Positions 9,317-18,920 are shown, counted from the stretch's first letter. The stretch: 63,744 nucleotides of DNA from Candidatus Aenigmatarchaeota archaeon (GCA_003553905.1 PWEA01000035.1:1-63744), one strand, 5' to 3'. Notes: generated by a model not told the origin, from the sequence alone. Numbers and translations are program-made.

Positions 9317-9717
9317 TGTATGCAGTTTTACGTATAAGAGGAAAGGTTGGGCTGAGTAAGGATATAGAAGATACCTTAAAAATGTTAAATCTCAAAAGGA
9401 AATTCAACTGTACCCTAGTTCCTGAAACAGATGATTACAGGGGAATGCTAAAAAAAGTACAGAACTACATAACATGGGGCAGTATCAACAAAGACACAGC
9501 AAAAAAAATTCTATCAAAGGAAGGCATAGAGGATGCGAGTAAAATCATAGAGGGATTGGAAGAAGGAAAGACCCTTGGAAAAATGGATGTCAAAAGGACC
9601 TTTTCCATGTCACCCCCATCAGGAGGATTCAAGAAAACTACAAAGAAAATATACCCAAAGGGGGAAGCAGGAAACAGAGGGGAAAATGCCGACGTGTTCT
9701 TCAAAAAAGTGGTGTAA
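9313..9717 (+). CDS. rpl30: 50S ribosomal protein uL30
   Basis: AVLRIRG, GMLKKVQNYITWG and PPSGGF motifs. Confidence 0.94.
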   Translation: MMYAVLRIRGKVGLSKDIEDTLKMLNLKRKFNCTLVPETDDYRGMLKKVQNYITWGSINKDTAKKILSKEGIEDASKIIEGLEEGKTLGKMDVKRTFSMSPPSGGFKKTTKKIYPKGEAGNRGENADVFFKKVV

Positions 9718-9720
9718 ATA

Positions 9721-10137
9721 ATGTCAAAAAGAAAGAAGTATAGAGGATCTGGAACACACGGAAGTGGTTCTAAGAAAAAAAGGAGGGGCGCAGGATCACG
9801 AGTAGGCAGAGGAAAGGGTGGGCAGAAACACAGAAAGTTCAAGTACATGAAAGAAAAAGGGAAAAAGAAGGGTTTCAAAAGACCGGTTGCAGTTAGAAAA
9901 ACAAAAAAAGGAATAAACATAAAAGAACTAGAACAAAAGCTCGATGAACTTGTTGATATCGGAGCAGCAGAACAAAAAGATGACGGATTCAAAGTAAATC
10001 TAAAGCAAGCAGGCTATGACAAACTACTTGGTTCGGGTAAAATTACACAAAAATTGGAAGTAGAAGCCGAAGACTTCTCGGAAGAGGCCAAGGAAAAGCT
10101 AGAGGAAACAGGGGGAAGCGCCATTGAAATATCGTGA
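9721..10137 (+). CDS. rpl15: 50S ribosomal protein uL15
   Basis: RGSGTHG.G..K.RRGAG and KLLGSG motifs. Confidence 0.96.
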   Translation: MSKRKKYRGSGTHGSGSKKKRRGAGSRVGRGKGGQKHRKFKYMKEKGKKKGFKRPVAVRKTKKGINIKELEQKLDELVDIGAAEQKDDGFKVNLKQAGYDKLLGSGKITQKLEVEAEDFSEEAKEKLEETGGSAIEIS

Positions 10138-11530
10138 CCTACTTTCTATAGCTCCTGGTATCGAAGGACCAACCAAAAGACTCAACTTCAACAGCAAACT
10201 CAAATGGACAGGTATAATAGTTATAATATACTTTATAATGGGAAACATAACCGTGTGGGGAGTTTCCCCGGTGGGACTTGAAAGATTTGAATTCTTACAG
10301 ACTATAGTTGCTTCCGAGTTCGGTTCTCTTATAACCCTGGGAATTGTGCCTATTGTTAATGCTTCTATTATACTACAGCTTCTGACAGGAAGTGAAATAC
10401 TCCAATGGGACACAAGCACTGCAGAAGGTAAGAAGCTTTTCATGGGAACACAGAAACTCCTGGCCATGGCATTCTGTGTTATACAGGCAATAGCATTCGT
10501 TTCATTTGGTGCAATACCTGCACAAACAGGGATGACAGGTTTCGTAATAGCGCAGGTTGCAGCCGGTGGAATACTGATAGTTCTTATGGATGAAGTGATA
10601 TCAAAATGGGGATTCGGATCTGGTGTATCCCTTTTCATTGCATCGGGTGTATCGATGCAGATAGTACAGAGGCTTCTCAATCCACTTACTGCACAGGGAA
10701 CCCTACCTTCGGCTGCAGAGGGAGCAGTTGGATACATACCACAGGTATTCCAAACCCTAGCAGCAGGAAATCTTGTTGAAACTGCTGCATCGCTTATACC
10801 GATAATATTCACAGTACTGATATTTTTCCTTGTTATATACCTCAACGCAATGAAGGTAGAGATACCTCTTGCATTTGGACAGGTCAAGGGTTTTGGCCAG
10901 AGATACCCACTAAATCTACTTTACACCAGCGTAATTCCAATAATTTTTACCCATGCAATGCTCGCAAACTTAAATATAATGGGACAGATGCTCGCAGATA
11001 GAGGGATGCCTCTGCTTGGTACCTTCGGAGAAGGAGGTATACCAGAATCGGGTCTCCTCTACTGGATATACAGTCCACAAGCAGCCACACCCAGAGATGG
11101 ACTGCTAACAGAGATAGTTGTAAGTAGAATAACAGAAGCTCCACTTCCCGAAATTACAATCGCATGGATACCCTATGCAGCCACAGTTTGTGCTCTAACA
11201 ATACTTTTCTCTGTTTTCTGGGCCAAGACATCGGGTCAGGACTCTCAGACTGTCGCAGAGAGGATACATAACATGGGAATGTCTGTTCCGGGATACAGAA
11301 GAGACAAGAGGATAATAAAAAGAATACTGGATAGGTATATACCCTACCTTGCAATACTTTCGGGGCTGTTCATAGGTCTCCTATCAGTGTTCTCAGACTT
11401 TTTCGGCGCAGTTGGAGGAGGCATAGGAATACTGCTTGCAACCATGATAATATACAAACTATACGAAGAACTAGCACAGCAACACATGGAGGATATGCAC
11501 CCGGCGTTGAGAAAGTTTATGAACAAATAG
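10124..11530 (+). CDS. secY: Preprotein translocase SecY
   Basis: LGIVPIVNASIILQLL, KWGFGSGVSLFI and GILL motifs; about 10 TM segments. Confidence 0.98.
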   Translation: MKYRDLLSIAPGIEGPTKRLNFNSKLKWTGIIVIIYFIMGNITVWGVSPVGLERFEFLQTIVASEFGSLITLGIVPIVNASIILQLLTGSEILQWDTSTAEGKKLFMGTQKLLAMAFCVIQAIAFVSFGAIPAQTGMTGFVIAQVAAGGILIVLMDEVISKWGFGSGVSLFIASGVSMQIVQRLLNPLTAQGTLPSAAEGAVGYIPQVFQTLAAGNLVETAASLIPIIFTVLIFFLVIYLNAMKVEIPLAFGQVKGFGQRYPLNLLYTSVIPIIFTHAMLANLNIMGQMLADRGMPLLGTFGEGGIPESGLLYWIYSPQAATPRDGLLTEIVVSRITEAPLPEITIAWIPYAATVCALTILFSVFWAKTSGQDSQTVAERIHNMGMSVPGYRRDKRIIKRILDRYIPYLAILSGLFIGLLSVFSDFFGAVGGGIGILLATMIIYKLYEELAQQHMEDMHPALRKFMNK

Positions 11531-11575
11531 ATAGACTTTTATTCAACAAAACAAAGGATATTACGGTGAAAAAAC

Positions 11576-12208
11576 ATGATATTTGAAAACACTATGTTAG
11601 GTGTCTTTATCATAGCTGTTACTACGAGCTTTGTCATATCGGTTTTCTACAAAGTCCTTATGGACCAGGAAAAGCTCGAGAAGATAAAGGAGAAGATGAA
11701 CGAACTCAAAGAAAAGTCAAAAGAAGCAAGAGAAGATGGCAACGAAGAGAAGGCAATGGAATACACACAAGACGTAATGAAACAAAGCCAGAAACAGATG
11801 AAGATGCAGTTTAAACCTATGATAGCCACATTTATTCTAATAATACCTATATTCTGGTTTGTTCTTCCGGGACTCTACCCAAACGCCACAGTTTCTATAA
11901 ACGAAACTGGTACACTGGAATATGGAAACATGGAAAGAACTGTATCCATAGAAGACATAGAACCACTTGAAGTAAAAATAGGAGACAAAACCTACGCAGA
12001 AAACGATATAGTCGATATGAACAGCTACAAGCTAAAGATAAGCGAATACAGAGAAAACGACCAGGAACTCGAACTTTCAAGAGTCGCAGTTCACCTACCC
12101 GTATCACTACCTTTCTGGGGAAATGCACTCGGATGGCTAGGTTGGTACATACTCATATCTCTAGGGGTTTCTCAGGTCTTTAGAAAGCTTATGGGAGCAA
12201 CGCCATGA
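11576..12208 (+). CDS. EMC3/TMCO1 (DUF106, Oxa1 superfamily) membrane protein
   Basis: TM, coiled coil, MKMQFKPM, then GWLGWYIL.S...FRKLMG; lies after secY. Confidence 0.88.
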   Translation: MIFENTMLGVFIIAVTTSFVISVFYKVLMDQEKLEKIKEKMNELKEKSKEAREDGNEEKAMEYTQDVMKQSQKQMKMQFKPMIATFILIIPIFWFVLPGLYPNATVSINETGTLEYGNMERTVSIEDIEPLEVKIGDKTYAENDIVDMNSYKLKISEYRENDQELELSRVAVHLPVSLPFWGNALGWLGWYILISLGVSQVFRKLMGATP

Positions 12209-13164
12209 AACGAGAGTTTAAGTTCCGAGAAGCGGTGGTTTCTGATCTGCGGTTTGGGAACTATCCCGGATCAAGATCAACAAAAGAACTAATCGAAAGA
12301 GGAATAGTAGTACTAGACAAACCAAAGGGACCTACTTCTCACCAGGTAAGTAGATGGGTTAAAGAAATACTTGATATAGACAAAGCAGGTCACACAGGAA
12401 CACTGGATCCGAAGGTAACAGGGATCCTTGTCATCGCTCTTAACAAGTCTACCAAAGCAATGCCTCTACTAAAAAATCTCGACAAGGAGTATATATCGGT
12501 TGTAGTTCTCCATGGCCAGGTTACAGAGGAAGAGGTCGAAGAAGCATTGGAAAGCTTCAGGGGAAAGATAAAACAAGTTCCCCCTAAAAAATCTGCAGTC
12601 AAGAGAAAAGAAAGGACCAGAACTATAAAAAATCTTGAGTTACTGGAAAAGGATGGGAAGGATCTGCTTTTGAAGATAAACTGCGAGGCAGGAACATACA
12701 TAAGAAAACTAGCACACGACCTGGGACAGAAACTGGGTTGTGGAGGACACATGAAAGAGTTAAGAAGAACAGCAGTCGGCCCGTTCGAAGAAACAGATGC
12801 GGTCAAACTTCAGACACTGAAAGACGACTATGTGTTCCATAGACAAGGAAAAAATCAAAATATAAGAAGCGATATACTTCCCGTGGAGGTTTCAGCGGAT
12901 GTATCAAAATGTATCGTAGTGAAGGATACTGCTATAGAGGCTATTTGCAACGGAGCAGATCTCGGTGTGGGTGGGATATCAGCCTTCGAAACTGGTATAA
13001 AACAAGACGAAAAGCTCTCGATTCTCTCTGGAAAGGGAGAACTTGTTGCGGTCGGAGAAGCGGAGATGAATTCAAACGAACTGCTAGAAAAGAAAAAAGG
13101 GAAGGCTGCATCACTTGTAAATGTTATAATGGCAAGGGAAACATATCCCAAGGGCTGGAGCTAA
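12205..13164 (+). CDS. cbf5: H/ACA pseudouridine synthase Cbf5 (archaeal TruB)
   Basis: DKPKGPTSH, GHTGTLDPKVTG, GTYIRKL and ELRRT motifs; PUA domain. Confidence 0.97.
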   Translation: MKREFKFREAVVSDLRFGNYPGSRSTKELIERGIVVLDKPKGPTSHQVSRWVKEILDIDKAGHTGTLDPKVTGILVIALNKSTKAMPLLKNLDKEYISVVVLHGQVTEEEVEEALESFRGKIKQVPPKKSAVKRKERTRTIKNLELLEKDGKDLLLKINCEAGTYIRKLAHDLGQKLGCGGHMKELRRTAVGPFEETDAVKLQTLKDDYVFHRQGKNQNIRSDILPVEVSADVSKCIVVKDTAIEAICNGADLGVGGISAFETGIKQDEKLSILSGKGELVAVGEAEMNSNELLEKKKGKAASLVNVIMARETYPKGWS

Positions 13165-13173
13165 GACATACTG

Positions 13174-13188
13174 GAAAGATTTAAAAAG
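13174..13188 (+). promoter_or_regulatory. BRE/TATA promoter for trm112, tRNA-Ser and the alpha operon
   Basis: GAAAGA followed by TTTAAAAA about 25-30 nt upstream of ATG 13211. Confidence 0.6.
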
Positions 13189-13210
13189 GTTTGGATTCAT
13201 AAGAGTTGTG

Positions 13211-13387
13211 ATGTCTGCCCCGGATAGCATGGATGGACTTATGGAAGTATTGGCCTGTCCAAAATGTAAGGGAAACGTAAAGCTTAATAAAAAGGAAAAC
13301 AAGATAGTTTGCCACGACTGCCGACTTAAGTTTTCCGTCGACGAAGGCATACCAAACATGCTTTTGGAGGACGCGGAGGGATTTTAA
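13211..13387 (+). CDS. trm112: Trm112-like methyltransferase activator (Zn-ribbon)
   Basis: LMEVLACPKCKG...CHDC...F.VDEGIPNML; below ORF-track cutoff. Confidence 0.88.
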   Translation: MSAPDSMDGLMEVLACPKCKGNVKLNKKENKIVCHDCRLKFSVDEGIPNMLLEDAEGF

Positions 13388-13396
13388 CGGCAATAT

Positions 13397-13572
13397 GCCG
13401 GGGTAGCGAAGCCAGGTTCAACGCGCCGGACTTGAGACCGGATCTGTTGACGAAAGGATGATAAACAGGTTTTCGAGAGATCCGGTGGGTCGCGTAAGAC
13501 CTGTTGTCTGCGGAAGCCCGCGTGGGTTCAAAAGAAGCCAAAAGGTTTCAGGAAATCCCACCCCCGGCGCCA
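13397..13572 (+). tRNA. tRNA-Ser(UGA) with three introns: 37/38 (13437-13479), variable-arm loop (13496-13515), 59/60 (13533-13555)
   Basis: Acceptor stem GCCGGGG/CCCCGGC plus GCCA; anticodon stem CCGGA/TCCGG. BHB central helices are CTTG/CGAG, TCGC/GCGG and TTCA/AGGA (one mismatch). Splicing restores TTCAAAT. Confidence 0.92.
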
Positions 13573-13592
13573 AATAAAGGAAAAATGGTAAT

Positions 13593-14054
13593 ATGACCGA
13601 AGGTAGACGAAACATACTGAGAATATTTGGGACAGACGTCCCGGGAGACGTAGGAATAGGTGAAGGTCTAAGAAATATAAAGGGTATAAGCTTTTCAACA
13701 AGTAAACCTATACTCAAGGAAGCCGGAATAGACCCGGACAAATATGCTGGAGATATAAGCAAGGAAGAAAAAGAGAGCATAGAAAAGGTAATAAAAAGCA
13801 GTAACATACCATCACATCTTGTTAATAGAAGGAAGGACCCCGAAACAGGTAAAGACATGATGTTAACATCAAACGATCTGGATATGCAGAACAGACAGGA
13901 TATAGAAGATATGAAGAAACTCGGCAGCTACAAGGGACTTAGACACAGGCGTGGACTTCCTGTTAGAGGGCAGAAAACCAAGTCAAGTTTCAGAGGCGAC
14001 TCCTCGGTCGGGGTTGCAACTGCAAAGATAAAGAAGAAGTCGGAAAGTGATTAA
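13593..14054 (+). CDS. rps13: 30S ribosomal protein uS13
   Basis: NRRKDPETG and YKGLRHRRGLPVRGQKT motifs. Confidence 0.97.
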   Translation: MTEGRRNILRIFGTDVPGDVGIGEGLRNIKGISFSTSKPILKEAGIDPDKYAGDISKEEKESIEKVIKSSNIPSHLVNRRKDPETGKDMMLTSNDLDMQNRQDIEDMKKLGSYKGLRHRRGLPVRGQKTKSSFRGDSSVGVATAKIKKKSESD

Positions 14055-14056
14055 AT

Positions 14057-14536
14057 ATGGGAGATCCAAAAAAGCAGAGAAAGAAATACGAAAAACCCTT
14101 TATACCATGGGACGAGCGAAGAATAGAAAACGACAAAAGTATAATGGAAGACTACGGTATGAAAAGGAAGGAAGAGATACTGAAGATGGAGAGTTTTCTG
14201 AGAGAGCTCAGAAGAAGAGCAAGAGACGCAGCAGCAGGCACCACAGAAAAGGAAAAGGAAGAGCTTCTTAAAAAATGTAGAAAGATAGGACTTATCGGGG
14301 AAGACGATGATATAGGTCAGATACTTAGAATCCAGCTAAGGGATGTGCTCGAAAAGAGGCTACAGACTATTGTATCAAAAATAGACGGCGTCGGAAGTGT
14401 GGACCAAGCAAGACAGCTAGTAGTACATGGTCACGTCAAGGTAGGGAATAGAACAATGCACTCGCCCTCCTTTCTGGTACCAAAAAAACTTGAAGATAAA
14501 ATATCAGTAGATGAAAAAACAGTTTTAAGTGAATAA
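14057..14536 (+). CDS. rps4: 30S ribosomal protein uS4
   Basis: [11 protein letters not shown] and RLQTIV...[11 protein letters not shown] motifs. Confidence 0.97.
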   Translation: MGDPKKQRKKYEKPFIPWDERRIENDKSIMEDYGMKRKEEILKMESFLRELRRRARDAAAGTTEKEKEELLKKCRKIGLIGEDDDIGQILRIQLRDVLEKRLQTIVSKIDGVGSVDQARQLVVHGHVKVGNRTMHSPSFLVPKKLEDKISVDEKTVLSE

Positions 14537-14537
14537 T

Positions 14538-14924
14538 ATGACTAAGAAAAAAGGATTGGCACATATATACTCATCGGACAACAACACTATAATACATATA
14601 ACCGACATGAGTGGCGCAGAATCAATAAGTAGATACACCGGCGGTATGGTAACTGAACAGGATAGAAACAAAGGAGCCCCCTTCGCAGCAATGCAAGCGG
14701 CCAAAAAAGCAGCAAAGGACGCAAAGGAAAAGGGGATTAAGAAGGTCGACATAAAGGTAAGGGCACCAGGAGGCCATGGATCAAAGAGTCCAGGATCCGG
14801 TGCACAACCAGCAATACGTGCAATAGCAAGAGCCGGTATGAAAATCGGGAAGATAGAAGATATAACTCCAATACCTCATGACTCGACAAGAAGACCAGGA
14901 GGCAAAAGGGGGAAGAGGGTATAA
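14538..14924 (+). CDS. rps11: 30S ribosomal protein uS11
   Basis: [17 protein letters not shown] and [10 protein letters not shown] motifs. Confidence 0.97.
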   Translation: MTKKKGLAHIYSSDNNTIIHITDMSGAESISRYTGGMVTEQDRNKGAPFAAMQAAKKAAKDAKEKGIKKVDIKVRAPGGHGSKSPGSGAQPAIRAIARAGMKIGKIEDITPIPHDSTRRPGGKRGKRV

Positions 14925-14925
14925 A

Positions 14926-15708
14926 ATGAAAATCGAAAAAATCGACGGCGAAGATAAAAAGGTTAAGTTTATTGTAGAAGACACCAGTCCTTCTATGATG
15001 AATGCTGTGAGGAGGATTTCAATGAACCACATCCCTGTACTCGCGATAGAAGATGTCGGGATAATTCAAAACAGCTCGCCCGTGTTCGACGAGACCATAG
15101 CACAGAGACTGGGTCAAGTACCGCTGGTATTTGATTCTGAAAAGTTTGACGTGAAGGAAAACTGCGACTGTGAGGAGGGCTGTTCAAACTGTGAGGCCAA
15201 ATTTACACTGAAGGGACAAGGACCCGGTAAGATATACTCCGGTGATCTGACATGCGAAACAGGAGATGTAGAGATTCTCTACGATAAAATTCCCATAGCA
15301 GAACTTGATGATGATCAGGAAGTTGAACTGGAAGCAACCGCTATAATTTCAACAGGCAAGGACCACTCAAAACACCAGGCAGCCATATCATCCTATCAAT
15401 ACTACCCTATAATAGACATAGACAACGAAGAGCTTACAAAAAAACAAAAGAAGAAGTGTGTGGAAGTCTGTCCGAGAGAGGTTTTAGAAATAAAAAACGA
15501 TAAGTTGAAGGTCAAGGACGAAATGAAGTGTACGCTTTGTAAGGAATGTACCGAGGAAGTTGGTTCAGGAATAGTTGTTGCCGGAGACGAAGAAAAGTTT
15601 ATATTCAAAGTAGAATCTATATGTTCCCTTGATCCAAAGGAAGTACTTGAAAAGACCGCTGAAATACTTGAGGAGAAGGTAGAAAGAGTAATTGAAAAAC
15701 TAAGTTAG
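14926..15708 (+). CDS. rpoD: RNA polymerase subunit D (Rpo3) with ferredoxin-like Fe-S insert
   Basis: NAVRR, NSS..FDE.IAQRLG and G.DHSKH motifs; insert CVEVCP...CTLCKEC. Confidence 0.96.
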   Translation: MKIEKIDGEDKKVKFIVEDTSPSMMNAVRRISMNHIPVLAIEDVGIIQNSSPVFDETIAQRLGQVPLVFDSEKFDVKENCDCEEGCSNCEAKFTLKGQGPGKIYSGDLTCETGDVEILYDKIPIAELDDDQEVELEATAIISTGKDHSKHQAAISSYQYYPIIDIDNEELTKKQKKKCVEVCPREVLEIKNDKLKVKDEMKCTLCKECTEEVGSGIVVAGDEEKFIFKVESICSLDPKEVLEKTAEILEEKVERVIEKLS

Positions 15709-15862
15709 CGGGGGTAACCAAGCGGTCAAAGGTAAAGATACGACTAAAGGTGCAGGACTTAAGTTTACAGCTTAAGTATTGAGTCCCGAACCACAAACCG
15801 GGCACAATGATAAGAAATCCTGTGGCTTAGTGCCTTCGTCGGTTCGAATCCGGCCCCCCGCA
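15708..15862 (+). tRNA. tRNA-Leu(UAA) with two introns: D-loop (15730-15747) and 37/38 (15764-15816); CCA not encoded
   Basis: Acceptor GCGGGGG/CCCCCGC, anticodon stem CAGGA/TCCTG, T-loop TTCGAAT; BHB helices GGTC/GACT and CTTA/TAAG; usual rpoD-tRNA-Leu-eL18 position. Confidence 0.93.
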
Positions 15863-15882
15863 TCACGAACAAAGGTGTTGAC

Positions 15883-16236
15883 ATGAACAAAACGAACCCT
15901 GTTTTGAAAAAAACCATAAACAAGGTAGAAGAGAAGGGCAGAAAGGAAGATATAGATATCTGGAATGATGTTGCAGATAGACTGAGAAAAAGCCGGAGAA
16001 AGAAAGACGCTGTAAATATTGCAAAGATAAACAGACATTCCGAAGATGGAAAAACCGTGCTTGTACCTGGTAAAGTAACAGGATACGGTACACTTGATAA
16101 AAATGTCCGGGTTGCAGCATTTGATTTCTCAAGGAACGCAAGGAAAAAGATAAACGACAAGGGAACTGCTTTAAGTATAATTGAGCTACTTAAAGAAAAT
16201 CCATCGGGTAAAAATGTGAGGATAATGGAGGGTTAA
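15883..16236 (+). CDS. rpl18e: 50S ribosomal protein eL18
   Basis: KTNP, VNIAKINR, VPGKV.G.G and NPSG motifs. Confidence 0.96.
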   Translation: MNKTNPVLKKTINKVEEKGRKEDIDIWNDVADRLRKSRRKKDAVNIAKINRHSEDGKTVLVPGKVTGYGTLDKNVRVAAFDFSRNARKKINDKGTALSIIELLKENPSGKNVRIMEG

Positions 16237-16237
16237 A

Positions 16238-16639
16238 ATGATTATAGATGCAAAAAATCAGGTTCTTGGACGGATGTCATCGGAAGTAGCACCCCTTCTG
16301 CTGGATGGAGAAGAAATAAAAATAATAAACTCCGAGAAGGCTGTTATAACCGGAAGGCCTGAAAACACCATAAAGAAATATCTCAAAAAGAAGAGCATAG
16401 GAGATCCCAAACACGGCCCAAAATCCTCACTCCGATCAGAAAATATCGTAAGAGATTCTGTAAAGGGCATGCTTCCCATAAAGAAAAGCAGAGGAAAACA
16501 GGCACTCAAAAGACTTAGAGTTATTAGAGGAAACAATGAAGAAGAAAAGGGTAAAAAGTTAGGCAAGGGTACGAAAAACCTGACAACAAATTATATAACT
16601 ATAGAAGAGTTATCAGAAAGAATAGGTGGTAAAAAATGA
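16238..16639 (+). CDS. rpl13: 50S ribosomal protein uL13
   Basis: IIDA..QVLGRMSS and VKGMLP.K..RG..AL.RL motifs. Confidence 0.95.
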   Translation: MIIDAKNQVLGRMSSEVAPLLLDGEEIKIINSEKAVITGRPENTIKKYLKKKSIGDPKHGPKSSLRSENIVRDSVKGMLPIKKSRGKQALKRLRVIRGNNEEEKGKKLGKGTKNLTTNYITIEELSERIGGKK

Positions 16640-17037
16640 CCGTCAACACCACAGGAAAAAGGAAGGAAGCTAAGGCCAGAGTAAAAGTAGAAGAGGGCAA
16701 TGGTAATATAAGAATAAACTCACGTCCTCTTCAAAGCTTTAGCGATGAGATGGTAAGACTAATGATAAGAGAACCCATCGAGTTAGCCGGAGAAATATCG
16801 GATGAAGTCGATATCGATATCAATGTCTCGGGTGGAGGTAAGGTAGGACAGGCCGATGCAGTAAGACAGGCAATTGCCAAGGGACTTGTAAAGTTTACCG
16901 GAGACGAAAAACTTGAAAAGAAGTTCGAGGACTACGACAGATATCTACTTGTCGCAGATGATAGAACCACAGAACCACACAAACCCTCTGTATCTTCAAA
17001 GGGTGCAAGAAAACACAAACAGAGGAGTAAGAGGTGA
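16636..17037 (+). CDS. rps9: 30S ribosomal protein uS9
   Basis: GKRK.A.AR, VSGGG..GQADA and LLVADDR..E motifs. Confidence 0.96.
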   Translation: MTVNTTGKRKEAKARVKVEEGNGNIRINSRPLQSFSDEMVRLMIREPIELAGEISDEVDIDINVSGGGKVGQADAVRQAIAKGLVKFTGDEKLEKKFEDYDRYLLVADDRTTEPHKPSVSSKGARKHKQRSKR

Positions 17038-17041
17038 CAAA

Positions 17042-17233
17042 ATGATAATACCTGTAAGATGTATAAGTTGTGGTAAGCCGGTTGGTCATCTATGGGAAGA
17101 CTTCCAGGAAAGAAGGGAAGACGGAGATCCAAAAGAGATATTGGATGATCTTGGCATTGAAAGATACTGCTGCAGAAGTCTGTTTTTAACCCACGCAGAT
17201 CTTGCCGCAAAGGCAGCCAAGTTCAAGAAGTAG
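17042..17233 (+). CDS. rpoN: RNA polymerase subunit N (Rpo10)
   Basis: MIIPVRCISCGK...LDDLGIERYCCR. Confidence 0.97.
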   Translation: MIIPVRCISCGKPVGHLWEDFQERREDGDPKEILDDLGIERYCCRSLFLTHADLAAKAAKFKK

Positions 17234-17282
17234 TGCCCAATCTTTATTTATAATAAACACAAACCTATTACTGGTGAATAGA

Positions 17283-18674
17283 TTGAAGAAGGCACTCTTG
17301 ATACTATCAACATTTCTTTTATTTGTTGCTATAACACCCACATCTCTGGCACATATAGAAATAGACTACAGAGAAACAGATTCCTGTAATATTCTGCCCT
17401 ACACATACGAGATAAACATAACAAATACACACGAAAGCCGGGATATATTCCGTGTTAGAAAACCACGCAAGTTCTCCACATGGATGTCGGTCACCAACAG
17501 TTTCATGCGAATCGAACCAAATGAAACAAAGTCCACAGAGATAACTGTCAAAGCCCCGAGGAATATCGAGCTCGGTGAATACAATACACAGTTCTCCGTG
17601 ATCTCAGAAAACTATAAAAACGTTTCTGCAAGCTCAGAGCTTTGTTTTATAGTACTAAGGGACTACTCAATGGTCTTCGAAAGCTTAGTTCTTGAAAAGG
17701 TTGATTATGGGCCAGGCGAAGAGGTAAGAGCCTTCGTTACAGTAGAAAACGATGGTACAAAAGACTTCGAAGACGGAGAGTTCCATATAGAGGTTATGAA
17801 AGGAGAAGAAACTATAGGAAGATCTGAAAAGGGATTTGTACTGGAAACGGGTAAGAGTAAAACTATAAACACACATGTACAGATGGAAGAATACCAGCCA
17901 CCAGGAGAGTATATCTTACATTACAAGATAAGGGGGGCAGGCCATACTATAAAAAGTGGTGAAGAATCCTTCGATGTATTAGAGGTCGTGGATTATAAGA
18001 CCAATGAGACAACCGATGGAATGTACATAGTAAGAACAAACACAATACATGCCCAAAACAAAGGAAACGTGGTAGAAGAAAAAAATATAGAAAAAAATAT
18101 AAGACTTCCTCTTTCTCTTTTAGCGACTGCAGAAGGAGCTGAACAGAGAAGGGAGGGTTTCTCAAATGTCTATACATGGAACATAGAACTAGAGCCAGGA
18201 GAAACAACCCAGATGAGTTACGAAATAAACTACTGGCCAATATACATCCTAATAATACTGGTCGCCCTTATACTATATAGAACCTATCTTTACATGAAGG
18301 CACCCGTAGTAAAGAAAGAAGTAGTTAAGAGTGAGATATCCGAGGACAAAAGAATATTAACAGTTTCCTTGCATGTAAAGAACCGGTTCTTCGGTAAAGC
18401 CAAAAACGTAATACTCGAAGATACTGTTCCTTCAATGGCCAGGGTACTGGATGAGTTCGATACATTAGAACCAAGTATAAAAAGAGGTGACGAGACCACA
18501 CTCCACTGGAAACTGGGAGATATGAACTCCGGGGACGATAGAGTAATACACTATAAAGCAAAGGTATTGGTTGAATCTGTAGACGAGCTCATATTCCCAG
18601 AAGCGAGGGTAAGGGGATCCACAGATGGAAGAACTTTTGAAAGATCTTCATCTAAAGTAAGACTGGGAATATGA
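17283..18674 (+). CDS. Hypothetical membrane-anchored protein with signal peptide, CARDB/Ig-like domains, TM helix and C-terminal beta domain
   Basis: TTG start after GGTGA; hydrophobic N-terminus; VENDG motif; TM YWPIYILIILVALILY. Confidence 0.75.
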   Translation: MKKALLILSTFLLFVAITPTSLAHIEIDYRETDSCNILPYTYEINITNTHESRDIFRVRKPRKFSTWMSVTNSFMRIEPNETKSTEITVKAPRNIELGEYNTQFSVISENYKNVSASSELCFIVLRDYSMVFESLVLEKVDYGPGEEVRAFVTVENDGTKDFEDGEFHIEVMKGEETIGRSEKGFVLETGKSKTINTHVQMEEYQPPGEYILHYKIRGAGHTIKSGEESFDVLEVVDYKTNETTDGMYIVRTNTIHAQNKGNVVEEKNIEKNIRLPLSLLATAEGAEQRREGFSNVYTWNIELEPGETTQMSYEINYWPIYILIILVALILYRTYLYMKAPVVKKEVVKSEISEDKRILTVSLHVKNRFFGKAKNVILEDTVPSMARVLDEFDTLEPSIKRGDETTLHWKLGDMNSGDDRVIHYKAKVLVESVDELIFPEARVRGSTDGRTFERSSSKVRLGI

Positions 18675-18692
18675 CCCGAAACATCTGATAAA

Positions 18693-18708
18693 GAAAAGAT
18701 TTAAAAAG
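18693..18708 (+). promoter_or_regulatory. BRE/TATA promoter of 5S rRNA
   Basis: GAAAAGA-TTTAAAAA about 25-30 nt before the 5S gene; nearly identical to the element at 13174. Confidence 0.65.
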
Positions 18709-18729
18709 TTTAGATTCAATAGTTAGTAA

Positions 18730-18846
18730 GGCTGACGGCCAAAGCGGAGGGGCAACTCCCGTACCCATCCGAACACGGAAGAAAAGTCCTCCAGCGAATT
18801 GACCTGTATCCTCGAAAAGAGGTGAAAGTCAGGACGCTGTCAGCCA
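18730..18846 (+). rRNA. rrf: 5S rRNA (stand-alone)
   Basis: Helix I GGCTGACGGC/GCTGTCAGCC; conserved CCCGTACCCATCCGAACACGGAAG; about 117 nt. Confidence 0.93.
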
Positions 18847-18920
18847 CTATTTATTCTCCTTCGAGGGCACTTGGACGCATAAATACTTAAAAGGTTTCTC
18901 ACAACAATGTTATGTCATCA

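Noticed and set aside
13326..13541. ORFs overlapping the intron-containing tRNAs (also 33392-33724 and 15617-15805)
   Set aside because: Explained by the tRNA genes
14926..15708. Fe-S ferredoxin-like insert in RpoD, and split RpoB/RpoA
   Set aside because: Well-known archaeal features, not novel
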